From the NCBI RefSeq assembly GCF_009914755.1, contig NC_060937.1: 64,000 nt of DNA; one strand, 5' to 3'. The stretch comes from the human T2T-CHM13v2.0 reference genome, Homo sapiens. The notes below the pieces were generated by a model. The model was not told the DNA's origin, searched no databases, and worked only from the letters and a program-made list of their open reading frames with translations. Shown piece after piece: positions 34,483 to 48,849 of this stretch. The first letter of the stretch is position 1; each line of letters starts with the position of its first letter. A program made the translations under genes and the position numbers.

Positions 34483-37400
34483 TCTAACAAATTACAACTT
34501 GGAATAAAAACACATTCTACTTTGTGTAATCTAATGTCAATATGCTCAATTAATTAATCTTCAAAGTACTATGTTATCATACTTTATTTGTACTTGGGTG
34601 AATCTATGGTTTGTGGTTCATGTATCATCAGATAATAGCTTTTTCAGGGGCAGTTTTCAGATTACCAAATGAAAGTATACATGGATTCTGTGTGTTGTAT
34701 ACTGCTGTATACTCACATATTCAATTTCTCTAAGACTTAATGATTATTGAAAGTCTAGGTACTTTTCGTAGGTTCTCTCACAAGTTTAATTTTTTTCTCC
34801 CTCCGGAGGAGTAATAGGTATTTGTGATATGAGCCTTGCTGCATAATCCTTACTTACAACAATGGTTTTAAGATTTTGGGGCATTCTTTGTCATCAATAA
34901 GATTACACAATATGATTTAAAAATGAATTTCATTTATACATTTAGATTGAAATATAAGCAATTGATAATATATGAATTAAGCATATTGGATTAGTATTTT
35001 TATTAGTCTGAACAACATATTACCTGTCTTTGTTTGCATTCTTCATGACTTAATGTAATTCAATATAACATTATCAAGAATGTAAGGATAATGCTCTTTT
35101 CACAAATTATTTCTCCTCTAGTGTTCAGTAATAGCCACACTAACTTTTCACAGTGGTGACAGCTATGTAAGGAAGTGGGAAACTTATCCATAGCAAACTG
35201 CAAAGGTAAAAATAGTAATTTGCTGCCACTGAATGGTTTTTAAGTCATTTTCTTTTGTATGTAAAATTAATTAAACAAGCAAGATTGAAAGTTGACACAC
35301 TGTGGATTTTATTTCTTTTGCCTAATATAGCATATTATTTCCATCTAAAAATAATACTCTGTTGTAATTTCCTTTTATTTTCTCCTTTTAAAATATCTGA
35401 AAGTTTAGTTAACTATATCTGGCATTAAGTGATTTTCCCCCAGCAATACGTTTTGTATACAGATCAGATACTTTCATATATTATATAAAACTCAATTTGT
35501 CATAACTAAACCAGAAATATTTTTCTATAATAAAAATGCTATGTACAGTTTGAATTTTTGCAGACATTAAAAAGAATAAAAATGAAGCTACTTGTAAGAC
35601 ATAAATGGCTTGCATAAGAAACTTGAAGGTGCTATTGATGCAGAGAAAGAAAAATAATTTCCTATGGCAGGTGTTCCACCGATATTTGCATTGGTTAAAC
35701 ATAATTTATTCATATATCATTCTTTCATCATACTTCATGATAATAAACACAATTAGGATAGAATGCCATAAACAATTATACATTTTAAAGGAAACTGAAT
35801 TTAGTGCTTTGTATTATGGCAGCAACATTTCATCTGCTTAAATATTGTTTTGTAAAAAGTACAAGGCTTTTGCTAATAAAAGCCCTAATGATTAGTTGTT
35901 GAAATCACTGAAGATTGTCGAGGTTGTGGTAGATATCCTAAAAATGTTTTGTTAGCTCATATGAAAGATGAATGCGTCTATAAGAACTATCGTGTTACCT
36001 TCTAAATTTATATGGTTTTGTTTCTGATGCTTTATAAATATCCTTAGGACTATTAAAGTTCCAGCCACTGAATAAATGGTATTTAATAGCGGTGTGGAGA
36101 AAAACATATGCTTAATTAGTAGAAAAATAAGCAAAAAAGTTTACTATTAGGAGATAATAACTCAGTTAGTTCTGTATTGCTTGGACAGCTCTTCAAAAAT
36201 AAGAAAATAACTTATTTTACCAGAAAACAAAATGCTGTAGAAATCCAAAATTTATTTTTTTGAGTTATTAACATAGTGGGTTATTCCCATAGTGAGTAAG
36301 TACATTTAGTTGGATAGCATTGAATATCTACTTTTACTCAAAGGTTTTCCAAGTAAACTTTTAAAAAGCCTTTATGTAAATCATTTAATATCATTTTAGT
36401 AATGCTAATAATTTTACTTTTAAACTTGCTTTACATTGCCACTAGGTGGAACCAGTAAGCCATATTATTTCTACTAATACATTTTTGTCCTATATGTATA
36501 TACTGATAAACTCTTCAACTAAAAATTCTAGAAATCTTTCAATACTCAAATCCCTGAACTCTGTGATAGGCGTCAAAGATTAATTATTAATCTAACAATA
36601 CTGAGAGCAAATACTAGAGCAAAAACAAACAACAAATATCACCAACACAAAAAAATTGAGTAATTTAAAGATATCAAGAAAGAATATGCAGTTTTTGAAC
36701 AATGAAGAGAAAAAATAAATCAAAATTAGAAACTGTACTGACATATTTATTTATCAATATTAAATTATGTCTGGGTAGAAATATGTTAAATGTACCAAAA
36801 TAGGTATATACCAATTTTTGAGTTACTAATATTTATTGGGAATCATTAAATCTTAGATCAAACATATTTTGAATGTTTCCATATAAACATTATTGCTGGT
36901 GACCAACATAATCAGCTAGTTTATAATTTCCATTTGTGTTGGCACTTTATTTCTCATATTAATCTTTTTATCTGGACCTTTATAAAAGACTAAATGAAGA
37001 AGGGATCAGCAAATAGAGAATGCATGGTGGTCACATAAAAAACTTTCTCTGCCTTCATTTAGAGACTTAATTTTTTTCAATACATCTAACCCCCAGAATT
37101 AGAAAACACTAGTTGATAGTATGTTCTATAAAAGAAAGAAACAAGTAAGAGAAGTGACAGCATAGTTAGAAAGTAGCATTCTTGAATGTTTCTATAACTT
37201 CAGCTTGGAAGGTCTGGAAATTGAGGCTTAAAAAGTTTGGTAGTTTTCACCAAAACAACTACCTTTTAGAGCTGGTTTCTTACATAAGATACCATGGTCT
37301 TAATCCCTATGCAAAAGAAAAGCATGACTGGAATGTAGCATATAAGGGACAAGTGAAAAGCAATGAACCATAAAATAAAAACTTAGATCATTAAAGGCCT

Positions 37401-37526
37401 TGAATGGCATGTAAAATTTTTTCCGGTATTGATGATAATTGTAACCACTGTAATTGATAAGGTAATGTGGGGAATATGAAGACTAAGAATAAAAGAAAGA
37501 AAAGGGCAAATAACAAAAAAGCAGCA

Positions 37527-38560
37527 TCTATATTAATTTGCTAAAGCTGCCTTAACAGAGGACCACAAACTGGGTATCTTAAAACAACAGAAAATTGCGT
37601 CTTACATGCCTGGAAACTGTAAGTTTCAAATCAGGGTTGGCAGGACCATAGTCCTATCGAGACTTTGAATAGATCCTTCCTTATGTTTTCCTACCTTTTG
37701 GTGGTGGCCAGAAATCCTTGCCATTTTCCTTTCCTTGCAAATGCATTGGTCTTGTCTCTACTTCTAAGGTTATATTGATAGTGGCAGGAGGCAGACGAAT
37801 GCCTAGGCAGATAGGGGTGGGTCCTTGGTGAAACCCACCTCCAAGCCGAAGACAGTTTAAAGCCTGAAAGCCAAGCTACAGATCTGTGGACTGGATTGAA
37901 AACCTGTCTTTTCATTTGGTGTGCTTTCCTCTGATTGATCTCCACCCTTCACTTATTTTACATATACCTACCCTTTCCTATTTGGTTTTCTACACTGCCA
38001 TGCCCACTTTTGAGTGGTGCCTTTGCTTTAGCCTTTCTTTGCATATTCACAAACCAATCAGCACACATTCCCCAATTCTGAGCCCATAAAAGCACTACCC
38101 CCACATCCTCTCTCCAGTGAGAGCTGTTCCATTGCTCAGTAAAATTATTCTCTGCTTTCCTCACTCTTAGATTTTCAGCATATTCTCATTCTTCTTGGAG
38201 GTGGGGAGGGCAGCTGCCTCATGTGACAGAAAGGGCGGTGTGATCCGAGCCAGTCCCAGGGCCACAGGCCGAGGCAGGGCAAGGGCATTGCCAGCCAGGT
38301 GTCTCCAGCTGGCAAAAGTAACAGAGAAATATCCTGCATCAACATAACCTTCTTCCCATTGTCTTACCTCTGTGTTTGTCTGTGTCTGTGTCTAAATCAC
38401 CCCCCTTTTATTAGGGCGCTTGTCTTATTTGATTGGGACCCATTCTAACAACCTCAAGTTGATTAATTGCAAAGATCTTATTTTAAAATAAATTATGTTC
38501 ACAGTTTCTAGGTGTTAAGAATTCTACATATTTTGGGGGAGATATAATTCAAATTATAAA
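37527..38560 (-). mobile_element. MLT1C-like MaLR LTR split by an ERV1 LTR
   Basis: tatattaatttgctaaagctgccttaacagaggaccacaaactgggt...aaacaacagaaa; resumes at 38342 through gcaaagatcttatttt...ggggagatataattcaaa. Confidence 0.8.
37776..38341 (+). mobile_element. ERV1 solo LTR (LTR27/LTR28/MER61 group)
   Basis: tgatagtggcaggaggcagac...aaaccaatcagcac...cccataaaagc...atcctgcatca; TG..CA ends, CCAAT and TATA-like motifs, 4-bp TSD atat/acat. Confidence 0.8.
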
Positions 38561-38564
38561 ACCA

Positions 38565-38977
38565 TTGTCATTGTGCTTCTACAACAAAATACCTGAGACT
38601 GGGTAATTTATAAGGAGTAGAAATTTATTTTCTCACAGTTCTGTACATTGGGAAGACCAAGATCAAGGCACCAGGCTGTTCAGTGTCTGGTAAAAGCCTG
38701 TTCCTTATAGACGACAATGTCTAGATGTCCTCACATGGTGGAAATGATAAAAGTACAAAAAGGAGAAAGATGTTATGTCCTCTCATGGTGAAAGAGTGAG
38801 CAGAAGGGACAAAGAAAGAGAGAGACAGCTCCCAGGAATTTCCATTATAAATGCTAATCCCATTCATGAAGTCTCTGTACTCATGACTTAATCACCTTCT
38901 AAAGGTTCCCACCTGTTTCACATTGATGATTAAGTTTAAACATATGAGTTTTGGAGAACATATTCAGATCACAGAAA
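38565..38977 (-). mobile_element. MST(C/D)-like MaLR solo LTR
   Basis: acaacaaaatacctgagactgggtaatttataa...ccaagatcaaggcacca...taatcccattcatga...catgacttaatcacct...acatattcagatcacag. Confidence 0.8.
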
Positions 38978-40780
38978 CCATCTTTAAACAAAGTACTCAG
39001 GAAATATTACGTATATATCTAATGGAAGAGTCTACTAAAAATGCAGATTTGATCAAGTTGGTTAATGGTTAATGCCAGATTTTTAAGTAAGAGTAGGACT
39101 GAAGAAATTCTGTTAAACCTAGCAGCAAATAACGTTGGTAATGTTAGCAAAAGTTGTTTTAAGAAACATAGTAGATCTAGTAGAACAAATTTTAGTGAGA
39201 TGATTATGAATTATTAAAATATGGATATTTTATCAGGAATCTTAATTTTGAAAGGAAGATAATATTGTTTTTGCTTAAGATGGGAAAGTCATGTGCAAAT
39301 TTAAACTGTTACAGGAAAACAAAACAAGTAAAGATGGAATGTATATGTATATGCTATATTTAAAGGGGGAAAAACAACTTACTGAGGATGGTGAGGTGGC
39401 ATTAAGAAATTTGAATGAAACAGAATTGGATTGATTGGTCTTTCATAGAGTCTTTAAAGAACATGAGAATAATGTTGGCTCATTCCAGTGTTTTGAAGCT
39501 ATGGTGAACTTCAGTAAAATATCTAATAATTTTTTAGAAATAAATGGTGAAATCAACTTTGAATATAATTTGATTTTGGTAAGAACATGATTGACGAAAA
39601 TTTTGAAGGTTTGAATTATCACTATGCAGAATGAATGAGATAGCTGAGTAAAAATATAAACATCCAGCAGTAGGTGCCCATTTATTTACAAAGATTGCAG
39701 TTGTACACAGTAACCCAAGTACGGAAAGGGAAAGTCACAAAATTAGAATGATGGAGCTTTGGGCTGAAGTGTAGTTATGTAGCTGGTAAGCTTAATGTAG
39801 GATGGAAACTCTGTGGTGACAGGTATAAATAAGAAGTGAAAATAGAAGGAAAAAACACGTACTCTCTAATTTAATAATATTAGCCCATTTTACCCTCCGA
39901 ACATTTCAAAAATTACCTTGAACATATATATGATTTCAATATTTTTTATATAAAAAATGTAGATCTATCCATGTGAACTTTTGATTTTGTCTTAAAGTAC
40001 CCAAATAATTGAATCAATTATTGACTTACAGATTTAGGTCCGCAAAAATTTATTTAATTTTGAGTTAAATAAAGAAAATAAACAAATTGAGGTTCAGGAC
40101 TTGTACCTATATTAAACATATTGATAAATATAGAAAATGTGTCTTTCTTTATAAAATGTTAACATATCAGGAAAATATCCAAAAAATTATTGAATAACTC
40201 TGTTTCAATCAGTATTTACAGTCACATGGCCACATACAGATGTGTATCATTTTTCTAGGACTCTCAGAGTATGTAAAATATACATCATAGTCATAATAGC
40301 AAATGGGTCCCGTGGGCAAAAACCAAAAATGTTAATGGGCTCTTGATGCAGAATATTGTTGATGAGTCACTGTGTCTCCATTTAAGCTGAGAGGGTTTCT
40401 TTGTTGTTGTTCATTTCTTTTTAATGAAAATGTCAGCAAGCTAGAAGTTCTTAGCTCACAAAAGCTTTTCGCTGAAGGTGAAACTACAAATATCCCAGTT
40501 AAATTTGTAATTATGTTTAAGTGTCCAGAGACAAGAACACATGTAGAATAAGGGGCAAACTCATCATTATTGCTTGTGACCTACCCTCACAATAAATACT
40601 TGTAGAATTAATTGTGAAATCAAGATATCATTCTCACACCAGGTTGTTCACAGGTCAAGGAAAAAATACAGAGCAGTTGGCTGTAAATGATGAAAAAAAT
40701 AAAAATTAAATAAATGGAAATGTAAGAAAGAGATAGCTAAATAGGTTTCATTAACTTCAAATAGCAGGAAAGCTGAAGGT

Positions 40781-41113
40781 GGCTGGGTGTGGTGGCTTAT
40801 GCCTGCAGTCCCATCACTTTGGGAGGCTGAGGCAGGAGGATCACTTGAGGCCAGGAGTTCGAGAACAGCCTGGCCAACACTGCGAAAACCTGTTTCTACT
40901 AAAAATACAAAAATAAGCTGGGCGTGATGGTGGGCACCTGTAATCCCTGATACTCAGGGGGCTGAGGCAGGAGAATCGCTTGAACCCAGGAGGCAGAGGT
41001 TGCAGTGAGACAAGATTGTACCACTGCACTCCAGCCTGGGCTGCAGAGCAAGACTCTGTCTCAAAAACATAAATTAATTAATTAAAATAAAAAAGAAAAG
41101 AAAAGAAAGAAAG
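40781..41113 (+). mobile_element. AluS (Sz/Sx-like) SINE
   Basis: ggatcacttgaggccaggagttcgagaacagcctggccaaca; gaatcgcttgaacccaggaggcagaggttgcagtgag; composite A-rich tail. Confidence 0.93.
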
Positions 41114-41854
41114 AAAAGCTAAAGCTAATGTTTTTTGGTATGGTGTTTTTCAGAACCAGACACAAAATTTAAAACACATGACCTTTCCACAAGGTAGTAT
41201 TTCAGTAAGGTGTGCAGAACTCAAAGGAAAATAAAATTTATCTTTTAAAAATACTCAGTTCATGAAATATAAATCCTCCTAGGTTAAATCAATTCATTTT
41301 AAAGTATATTCTATAAAACTGTTGGAAATATACAGTTAAGGCAGAGTTACTTCTCTTTGTAGCAGTTATGACTCCTAGTTTAGTAAATTACAAGAAATAT
41401 AACATAACCCAGATGAAATAAAAAGAGTTATTACAACCTACTTTGAAGCTGTAGAAGTATGGCTGGCTATAATCACAAATGGGACTAGGGTCTGAGTCAA
41501 TGTTTCTTTGGTTCTCTTGATGAATGGTAACAAAAGGCTGAGGAGTTCTGGGTCTCATTTCTGTAGGCCACTCTACCCTAAACAGATAGAGGCTACTCTT
41601 TACAACACAAATCTTATTCTTTGTTCTGATTGAATCATTCTGGGCCTGTCACTATGGTAATGGCTGCTGCAATCACTCCAGTTTTCCTAAACAAGAATAG
41701 TTCTCACTCCTAGAGGTAGGGGTAAATTTCATTTCACTTTGGCTCTATTGTGTCCCAAAATAGTAACAAGAGGCAAATTGTTGTGGGGCTATGAGACCAG
41801 AGATGAGAAATATTGTGAAGTTTTTATTGACTATTCAAAGAAGTGGGGAGTTGG

Positions 41855-42045
41855 CAGTGGTGTATCCAGAAGTGTGGAGAGGGGAAGATCTACCTGAGGA
41901 GCAGGTTTAAAAAAAGTACATTGACTAGAATTTTGAAACAAAACAAAACAAAAAATAAAGTCAAGTAAAAGTTGCTCTACTCCTTATTATAACCATGTGC
42001 TCACAATTCTAAACAATGTCTCTGATAAATTACCCACCCCTAAAA
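41855..42045 (+). mobile_element. hAT-Tip100-type (Arthur1/MER69-like) DNA transposon fragment
   Basis: cagtggtgtatccag start and ttattataaccatgtgctcacaattctaaacaatgtctctgataaa motif; family recalled from memory. Confidence 0.45.
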
Positions 42046-42064
42046 CTTCTTCTTTGGTTTATCT

Positions 42065-43200
42065 AAATTTTATTTTAATATATGTATAATTTCTTTGCAA
42101 TAAAATGCATATATTCAGGTGTACCGCATGATTAATTTCGACATATACTTTGACATATACACCTACATAATCACTAACTCTCTCATCAACCTATGGACTA
42201 TTTCCATCAACTCTGAGAGTACTCTTGGACTTCTTTTCTGCTAATTCCCTACCAAACTCCCAGAAACAAATACAGATAGGAGTCAGTTAGCACAGAGAAG
42301 TGTTGCCTGTTATTCAAATTCATGTTAATGGGATCACACAGTGTGTCTTCTTTTGTGTCTGGTTTCTTGTGCTGCATATAATAATGTTCAGTATTAGTAT
42401 TTATTCTCTTGATTGCTGAGTAATACCCCACTGCATGAATACAGCATAATATGTTCACCCATCTTCTCTTCATGGAAATTTGCTTTCAACCCCAGTTTTT
42501 TTTTCTATTATGAATAAAGCTGTTATGAGCCTTTTTGTAGATATTCTTTCAGTTTTTTTGAGCAAGAAAAAATAGATAGTATAATTGCTTGGCCATAAGG
42601 TAGGTTTATTTTCAATGTATAAAAAAATTGTCCAGAGTTTTTCAAAGTAATTTTATAGTCAACTTCCTTGAACATTATATGAGAGTTCCAGTTGATCCAC
42701 ATCTTTGTTGGTACTTGTTATTCTCAATCTGTTAAATGGAGTCATTCTCCTGGTGTGTATAGCTATTTTATTTTAGTATAAATGTGCATTTTTTAAATGA
42801 TAAATGATGCTGAGGACAATTTGGATCAATCATTTGGATATCCTCACTTATGTAGAGAGCCTGTTCTCATGTAATAATTCCTCAATTCTATAACTAAGAT
42901 TTGCATACATTTATCATATTTAAAAAATAATATGATATGTTTACTTGTTAATCTTAGTTTGTCAGGGATGGTAGTAAGGCTGGCGAGAATTTTTCTGCTG
43001 TGTTCTTCCTTTCCTGAGGTGTTTTCTCATTCTCATTCACTAATGGTTATATCTAAAAGTATTTTTAACTACAGAATTTTGTGTTTGTTACTTGGATCTC
43101 CTTTATTTGAACCATCTTTATATGTGTGTGTCCCTTCCACCAGTTCTATTTGACTACATATGCTCACTCTCTATTTACTTCTGTTCCAATATCACTTTAT
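42065..43200 (-). mobile_element. L1ME-like 3' fragment
   Basis: aataaaatgcatatatt...ttttgtgtctggtttctt...ttgctgagtaataccccactgcatgaata...ctattatgaataaagctg...atgagagttccagttgatccacatc. Confidence 0.75.
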
Positions 43201-43344
43201 TAGATAGGATTTCTTAAGTATTCTGTTAAAAATAGCAAAATAGTATAATTTTAGACCCCATATACTATAGTTTTTTAAATCTGAACACTTCTTATTCCCA
43301 GATAGAATATGTTTATATTTCTCTTTTTTTCTGTCATTCTTGAT

Positions 43345-43480
43345 CCTCTGCTCTTCCCTCCGCTAAATTGCAAGGCTCCTGAAATCTGAGATTCCATCCT
43401 ATTTCTTCTATGCTGTGTCCCATCCCAGCCCATAGTATAGAAGCTCAATACATATTTTTGGAATGTAAAAAATGCATTCA
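43345..43480 (+). mobile_element. L2 3' terminal fragment
   Basis: ctaaattgcaaggctcctga...cccagcccatagtatagaagctcaatacatatttttggaatg. Confidence 0.55.
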
Positions 43481-43742
43481 TAATGTAATACATTCTTGTT
43501 CAGTCAGTTTTTCTTTCCAAAATGACAGTAGCCTCTACACTTCATGGCGCTGCACTGTGATATCTTGGAGGCCTTCAGTCCTTTGCCATGAGATTATCTA
43601 AGAGGCAAGAAGATCCAGATATTCCTTACAGCTTTGTATACATATCAGGTAGGGATGGTGATAAAGGCCTGGCACATTTGCATTTGGGTCAGTGAAGATA
43701 TCCTAATGAGCAAGACCTTCCCAGGTTCTGTGGCTTTCCAGT

Positions 43743-44129
43743 TGTATAGACTGAATTTGTCTCCCCGAAATTCATATGTTGAAGCCCTAAACCCCAAGGT
43801 GACTCTATTTGTAGACAGAGCCTTTAAGGAGGTAATTAAAAGTAAATGAGATCATAAACACAGGGCCCTAATCTGATAGCACCGTTATCCTTGTAAGAAG
43901 AGGAAGAGACACAGCGACCTTTCTCTCTTCAGGAGCACATAGAGGAAAGACATGTGAGGACACAGCAAGAAGGGAGCCATAGAAGACAGGAAGAGAAGCC
44001 TCACCGGAAAATGTGATTGCACATTGATCTTGGACTTCCAGCCTCCAGAACCATAAGAAAATAAATTTCTGTTGTTAAATCCACCTAATATATAATATCT
44101 TGTTCTGGCATCCCTGGTAGATGAATACA
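43743..44129 (+). mobile_element. MLT1A0-like MaLR solo LTR
   Basis: tgtatagactgaatttgtctccccgaaattcatatgttgaagccctaa...ttgatcttggacttccagcctccagaac...gatgaataca; perfect 5-bp TSD CCAGT (43738-43742, 44130-44134). Confidence 0.9.
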
Positions 44130-44557
44130 CCAGTCCTTTCTTGCTATCTCTGGGGCAGTTTTCTAGAGAGATCTCTCTAACTCAATCATTAGAGACTCTC
44201 ACACCATTCTTCCATTCATTGAATAAATCCCCACACAGTCCCAGGCCTCACACTTAGGTTCCATAAGCCTAAGCATTCTTTCCGCTCAGAAAAGGCCAAA
44301 TACTTGGTATTTTAAGTAAAGGAGAAGTGAACCATGCTCATTTGGATTGTTTCCAGAATCTGCTGTTAGCTTTCAATTTTTTATTAAAATCTCCATGCTT
44401 ACCTAAAATAGCATATTCTGTGACAAAGTCTGATGTCCTTATCTGCAACTATCGCATAGATAGGACAATCCTACCGAGTGATATTTATGATATTTTAATC
44501 AGAACATTTCAAACACTGTAAATCCTAACAAAGACAATTCTATACATAGAACAATAC

Positions 44558-44857
44558 TTTTTGTTGTTGTTGAGACAGGGTCTTGCTCTGTCGCCCAGGC
44601 TGTAGAGCAGTGGTGCGCCATTTTAACTCACTGCAATCTCCATCTCCTGGACTCAAGCAATCCTCCCACCGCAGCCTTCCAAGTAGCTGAGACCACTGGC
44701 ATGCACCACTACACACAGCAAATTTTTTGTATTTTTTGGTAGAGATGGGGTTTTGCCATGTTGTCCAGGCTGGTCTCAAACTCCTGAGCTCAAGCAATCC
44801 ACCCACCTCTGCCTCCTAATGTGCTTGGATTACAGGCATGAGCCACCATGGCCTGCC
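44558..44857 (-). mobile_element. AluJ SINE
   Basis: gagacagggtcttgctctgtcgcccaggc...ctcaagcaatcctcccacc...ctcctgagctcaagcaatcc; diverged TSD ending caatactt on both sides. Confidence 0.92.
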
Positions 44858-47800
44858 TCTTTACTTAAAGCAATACTTGATGTTCTGAGACTGAGCTGCT
44901 TATCCACTACCATATATTCCTATCTGAATTATAAAAATTCTAATTTTATACGCTTTGCACTTATCTATCTAGAGAATACATTTATTGCATTTAGTGACTA
45001 TATATGATTCATCTTTAAATTTACTAGATAATGTTTATTAAATTGGCATTCAATAAATAATTAAATGTAATACAGGAGAAAAGGCTCACAGTGTTCCTGT
45101 TATCAAATTATTATCAAATACCCCTAATTTCAAAGTCCTGGTTAGCAAGACAAGAACAACCAAAGTCTAGCTTGTTGGATATAATTTAATTACAAAAATT
45201 TAATTAGCAAGCTTGTCATTTATTTCCATTTTATATGCCCAGCATTCAGCACAGTGGTTAATAATATATTATTTTGATAAAAGAGTGAATTATCATATAG
45301 AGGGTAACTTCAACAATGTGTAGGACTCAAGACCCCAATTACTAATGCCTTTTAGGTATCCAGTTAGGGATTTCAAAATTTTAAAAATTGAGTCTCTTTC
45401 TATATAGCTTAACAAAGTTATCACTATAAAGACCTACAAATATGAGACATCAGGTATACATTTGCTAGTGATATTTTAACAACCTTTCAAACTGTCATTA
45501 TGTGGAAGATGCATTAATTAAAAAAATAAAAGGAAAAAAACAGAATCTCTGGAACCCACACCTAATAAAGCAAGCTAATTCTGATCCTATTACAAATTAT
45601 TTCATCTTTATTGCAGTTTACCATGAAAAGATCTGAACAGATTTATTAGCACATTAAAAAAACAATATAAGAGAGAAGACACAAAATATTTTCTTTAACA
45701 AAGTCAGAAGACTTTTAAATTTTACAGTAAATGTGTTACATAAATTTAAATTATTGTTATATTTTATTGTTCTACTTCAACTCCATCCTACTTCCAGAGT
45801 AAAGTAATAAAAGTTAAAAAGAATAATATGGATTTTAATAAATTGTTATTTTAATTAGTTGAACAGTCATTTTCATTATTTTGTAATTTAAGTTTTTATA
45901 GTCCATTTGCTTGATATCATAGTGCTACATATGTTTGCTTGTTTATTTGATGTTTTAACTTGGGATTAATTTTAAAATTATATTGTCCAAAAAAAGTAAT
46001 AATATTGATATCAACTAATTATCATCAGTAATCGATGAATTCATTTAATACTACTTTTAACTCTTAGGTGTTCATAAAACTCATATTTCTACTAATAAAA
46101 CAAGGAGTTGTTTTGAAATTCTGATGACTTGGAAAGCAATATGTGGATAATTATATAAAGACTAAATCATCATTTATAACGATTTTATGATAATGAGATA
46201 TAAGAATATATTTCCCAAATAAGATCATTTCAATTTGAACCATATTATACGTTCTTATTTTCAATATCAATGCACCCAAAATCTATCATTTTATCTATAT
46301 AAAGAACTAAACAGGAACAATCTCATATACATCTCATTAGTATTTCTTTATAGTGCTCTTATAAGATCATATTTAATGCTGAAAACACAGAATAAGTATC
46401 ATTTGCATTTTCAAGCTGATTTCTATCATTTTGTATTGAAATATATATTGCTGATACCTTTGAAATCTAGAAAATATTTTCCTCAAAAGCAAATTTATTG
46501 CTCTGTAATTGCATTTACAATATAATTTTCTAAAATGTTTTGAATATTATATTTTTAAAAAATTATAAATTGATCACCATTATGAATGCATTACCTTAGA
46601 AATAATTTTGACTTTGTTGTTGAACTTAATGATATACCCTGAACAAAGATGTATCTTTAAAAATTTTTAGTTATAATTTCACATTTAAATGTAATAAAAC
46701 ACAACTGTGAATCTATAATTAACCATTATCACAAACAATTTCACTAGAAAAAAAATACAAGCAAGTACACACTGCAGTCAAAATTGAAATGAAGGATTCA
46801 AGAAAGGTGAGATCTAAGTTTAACTACATATTTTTATTTATCTAAACTTAGGTTTGGGCTTCCTTAAAAATCAATGATGTTAACATGTCTGAATTAAGCC
46901 AATGCATATAGTAAAACACAAGATGTGTAAAACAATGGCTGAAGACCTTAGCTAATCAAGTGTGTCTCCATATCGTTGGAAATGTTTATTATTACTCTAA
47001 GCCCAAGTTATTTTAAAAGCCATACCTTTATCACAGAAGTGAACTATAGTTAATTTTACCCTTTTCAAACCTGTGATACAACTCTTTATAATACAAACAG
47101 CACTATTAAACTTCATTTATTTACCAAAAATCATGATATAGAATATCATTTTCAAAATGTATAATTCTGATTACAATTGAGCATTCAAAAACATTTTAAC
47201 AAAGCGTGAGTTAAGATCCATTATAAAATTTTTCCCAGGAAAAATTTAAGTGTATTATATACATAAAGCTTTTATATCTATTATAAATGTTAAACCGTTA
47301 AGAAAAAATAGTGAATTTTACAAAAACAGAACATGTTATTTCAAAAGTACTTTATGCCACATTCCAGAAATAAGTTCTATTTATGTACGTAGTCTATTTT
47401 TAAAATATATGATAGGGTAAAATTATTCATGAAATTAAGTTGAAAATGTAGAAGAAAAAGAAATATAACAGCAAGTGAGTCAAAATTTTAAAAACATAAC
47501 CATCTTTAAAATTTTATCATTTCATATTAGACAAATATTTATAAATAACCTTGAATTGAATCATTATTTGCTGTCATTTATGTAAGTATCTCTGCATAGC
47601 AATTTGCTGATATTTATTAGGCAACATCCTTATCCATACTAATTAACTATAAAAGTGAAACTATTTGAATTATTTTAGAATTTAATTATAATTAAAATGC
47701 TCTATATTGGATGTTTTCCAATTCTCCTTTTATCATAATAATATTGAGAGACAGGTATTGCTAGTCTACTCTGTAAAATCACGCTTAGCATTTATAAAAA

Positions 47801-48439
47801 TATTACCTAAATGATAAAATAAGAGCTAAGATTTAAATCCATGGCTTTGAATAACAAAATGTATGCTCCTCCCAATAGATTATGTTGGTTTTCACTAAAA
47901 TTATATTCAAGAAAATCTTCTTTGAAAATAAAACATAAAATGAACCAGACATACACATAAAAATTTTTTAAATATAACAATTCAGAATATATTAGAAACT
48001 CCTATAAATCAATGTTTAAAAAAACATGAAACCCAATTTAAAGTTAGGTGAATGACTTGAGCAGTCATCTTGTTGGAGAAAACTATGCCTGGCAAATCTA
48101 TATATTTTGTATCAGCTTTTGTTCTGGATTATCATTTCTAGTGTATTTGGTTAGTAAATGTTTGGGATTTTTGCCTATTTTAATTTAAATTAGTATAATA
48201 GAATAGGTAATAAACCAATAATCCCTTGTGACATGGTCCTTTACTCAACATAATATATGTGAGTCATTATATTTTGCTCATAGCTATAGTTTACTCATTT
48301 GCATACATGTATAACATTCTGTATATATTCTATCCTAGTTTATGCATTATACTTTTGAAGGACAATTGAAATACTGTCTCTGTATAGGTAAAGAAGGCAG
48401 GTTTGTTTTGTGGACAAAATAGTAAAGACAATGCTCTTT

Positions 48440-48757
48440 TTTTCTTTCAAATAAAATTATGGCAGCTGGCTGGCAGCACCCTATAAAAGTTTTGAGTTCC
48501 TCTGCTGTGATATAAAACCACTTTGTACTTGGCATCTATCTAGGTCCTGCTCTACATACCTTGGAAGGGACTTGAGGGGCAAAAGCAACCAAAGCAAACA
48601 TGGAGCTCATGCTGTCAAATGTGTTGTGAATAATAAAGTCATTTTTACCTTACCCAGGAGTTCTGTGTCTTCTTCCAGCATCTACAAAACTGTATGAGGC
48701 TAACTTGTTAACTTATATATAGAGGAAAATTTCAAATGCTTCACAGTCCTAGGAACA
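48440..48757 (+). mobile_element. ERVL LTR 3' part (MER54/MER74-like)
   Basis: aataaagtc...cccaggagttctgtgtcttcttccagcatc...ggctaacttgtta...cttcacagtcctaggaaca. Confidence 0.6.
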
Positions 48758-48849
48758 CTTCACTTAAAAAATAAATAAATAAAAAATAAAATAGTCTACA
48801 TACCTATGGAATGGTGGACAAAATTACCATTCAGTGTCAGTAAAATTTA

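Noticed and set aside
45000-47950. Long, extremely AT-rich stretch without recognisable repeats
   Set aside because: No ORF, splice or structural pattern I can support; a matrix-attachment role would be speculation.
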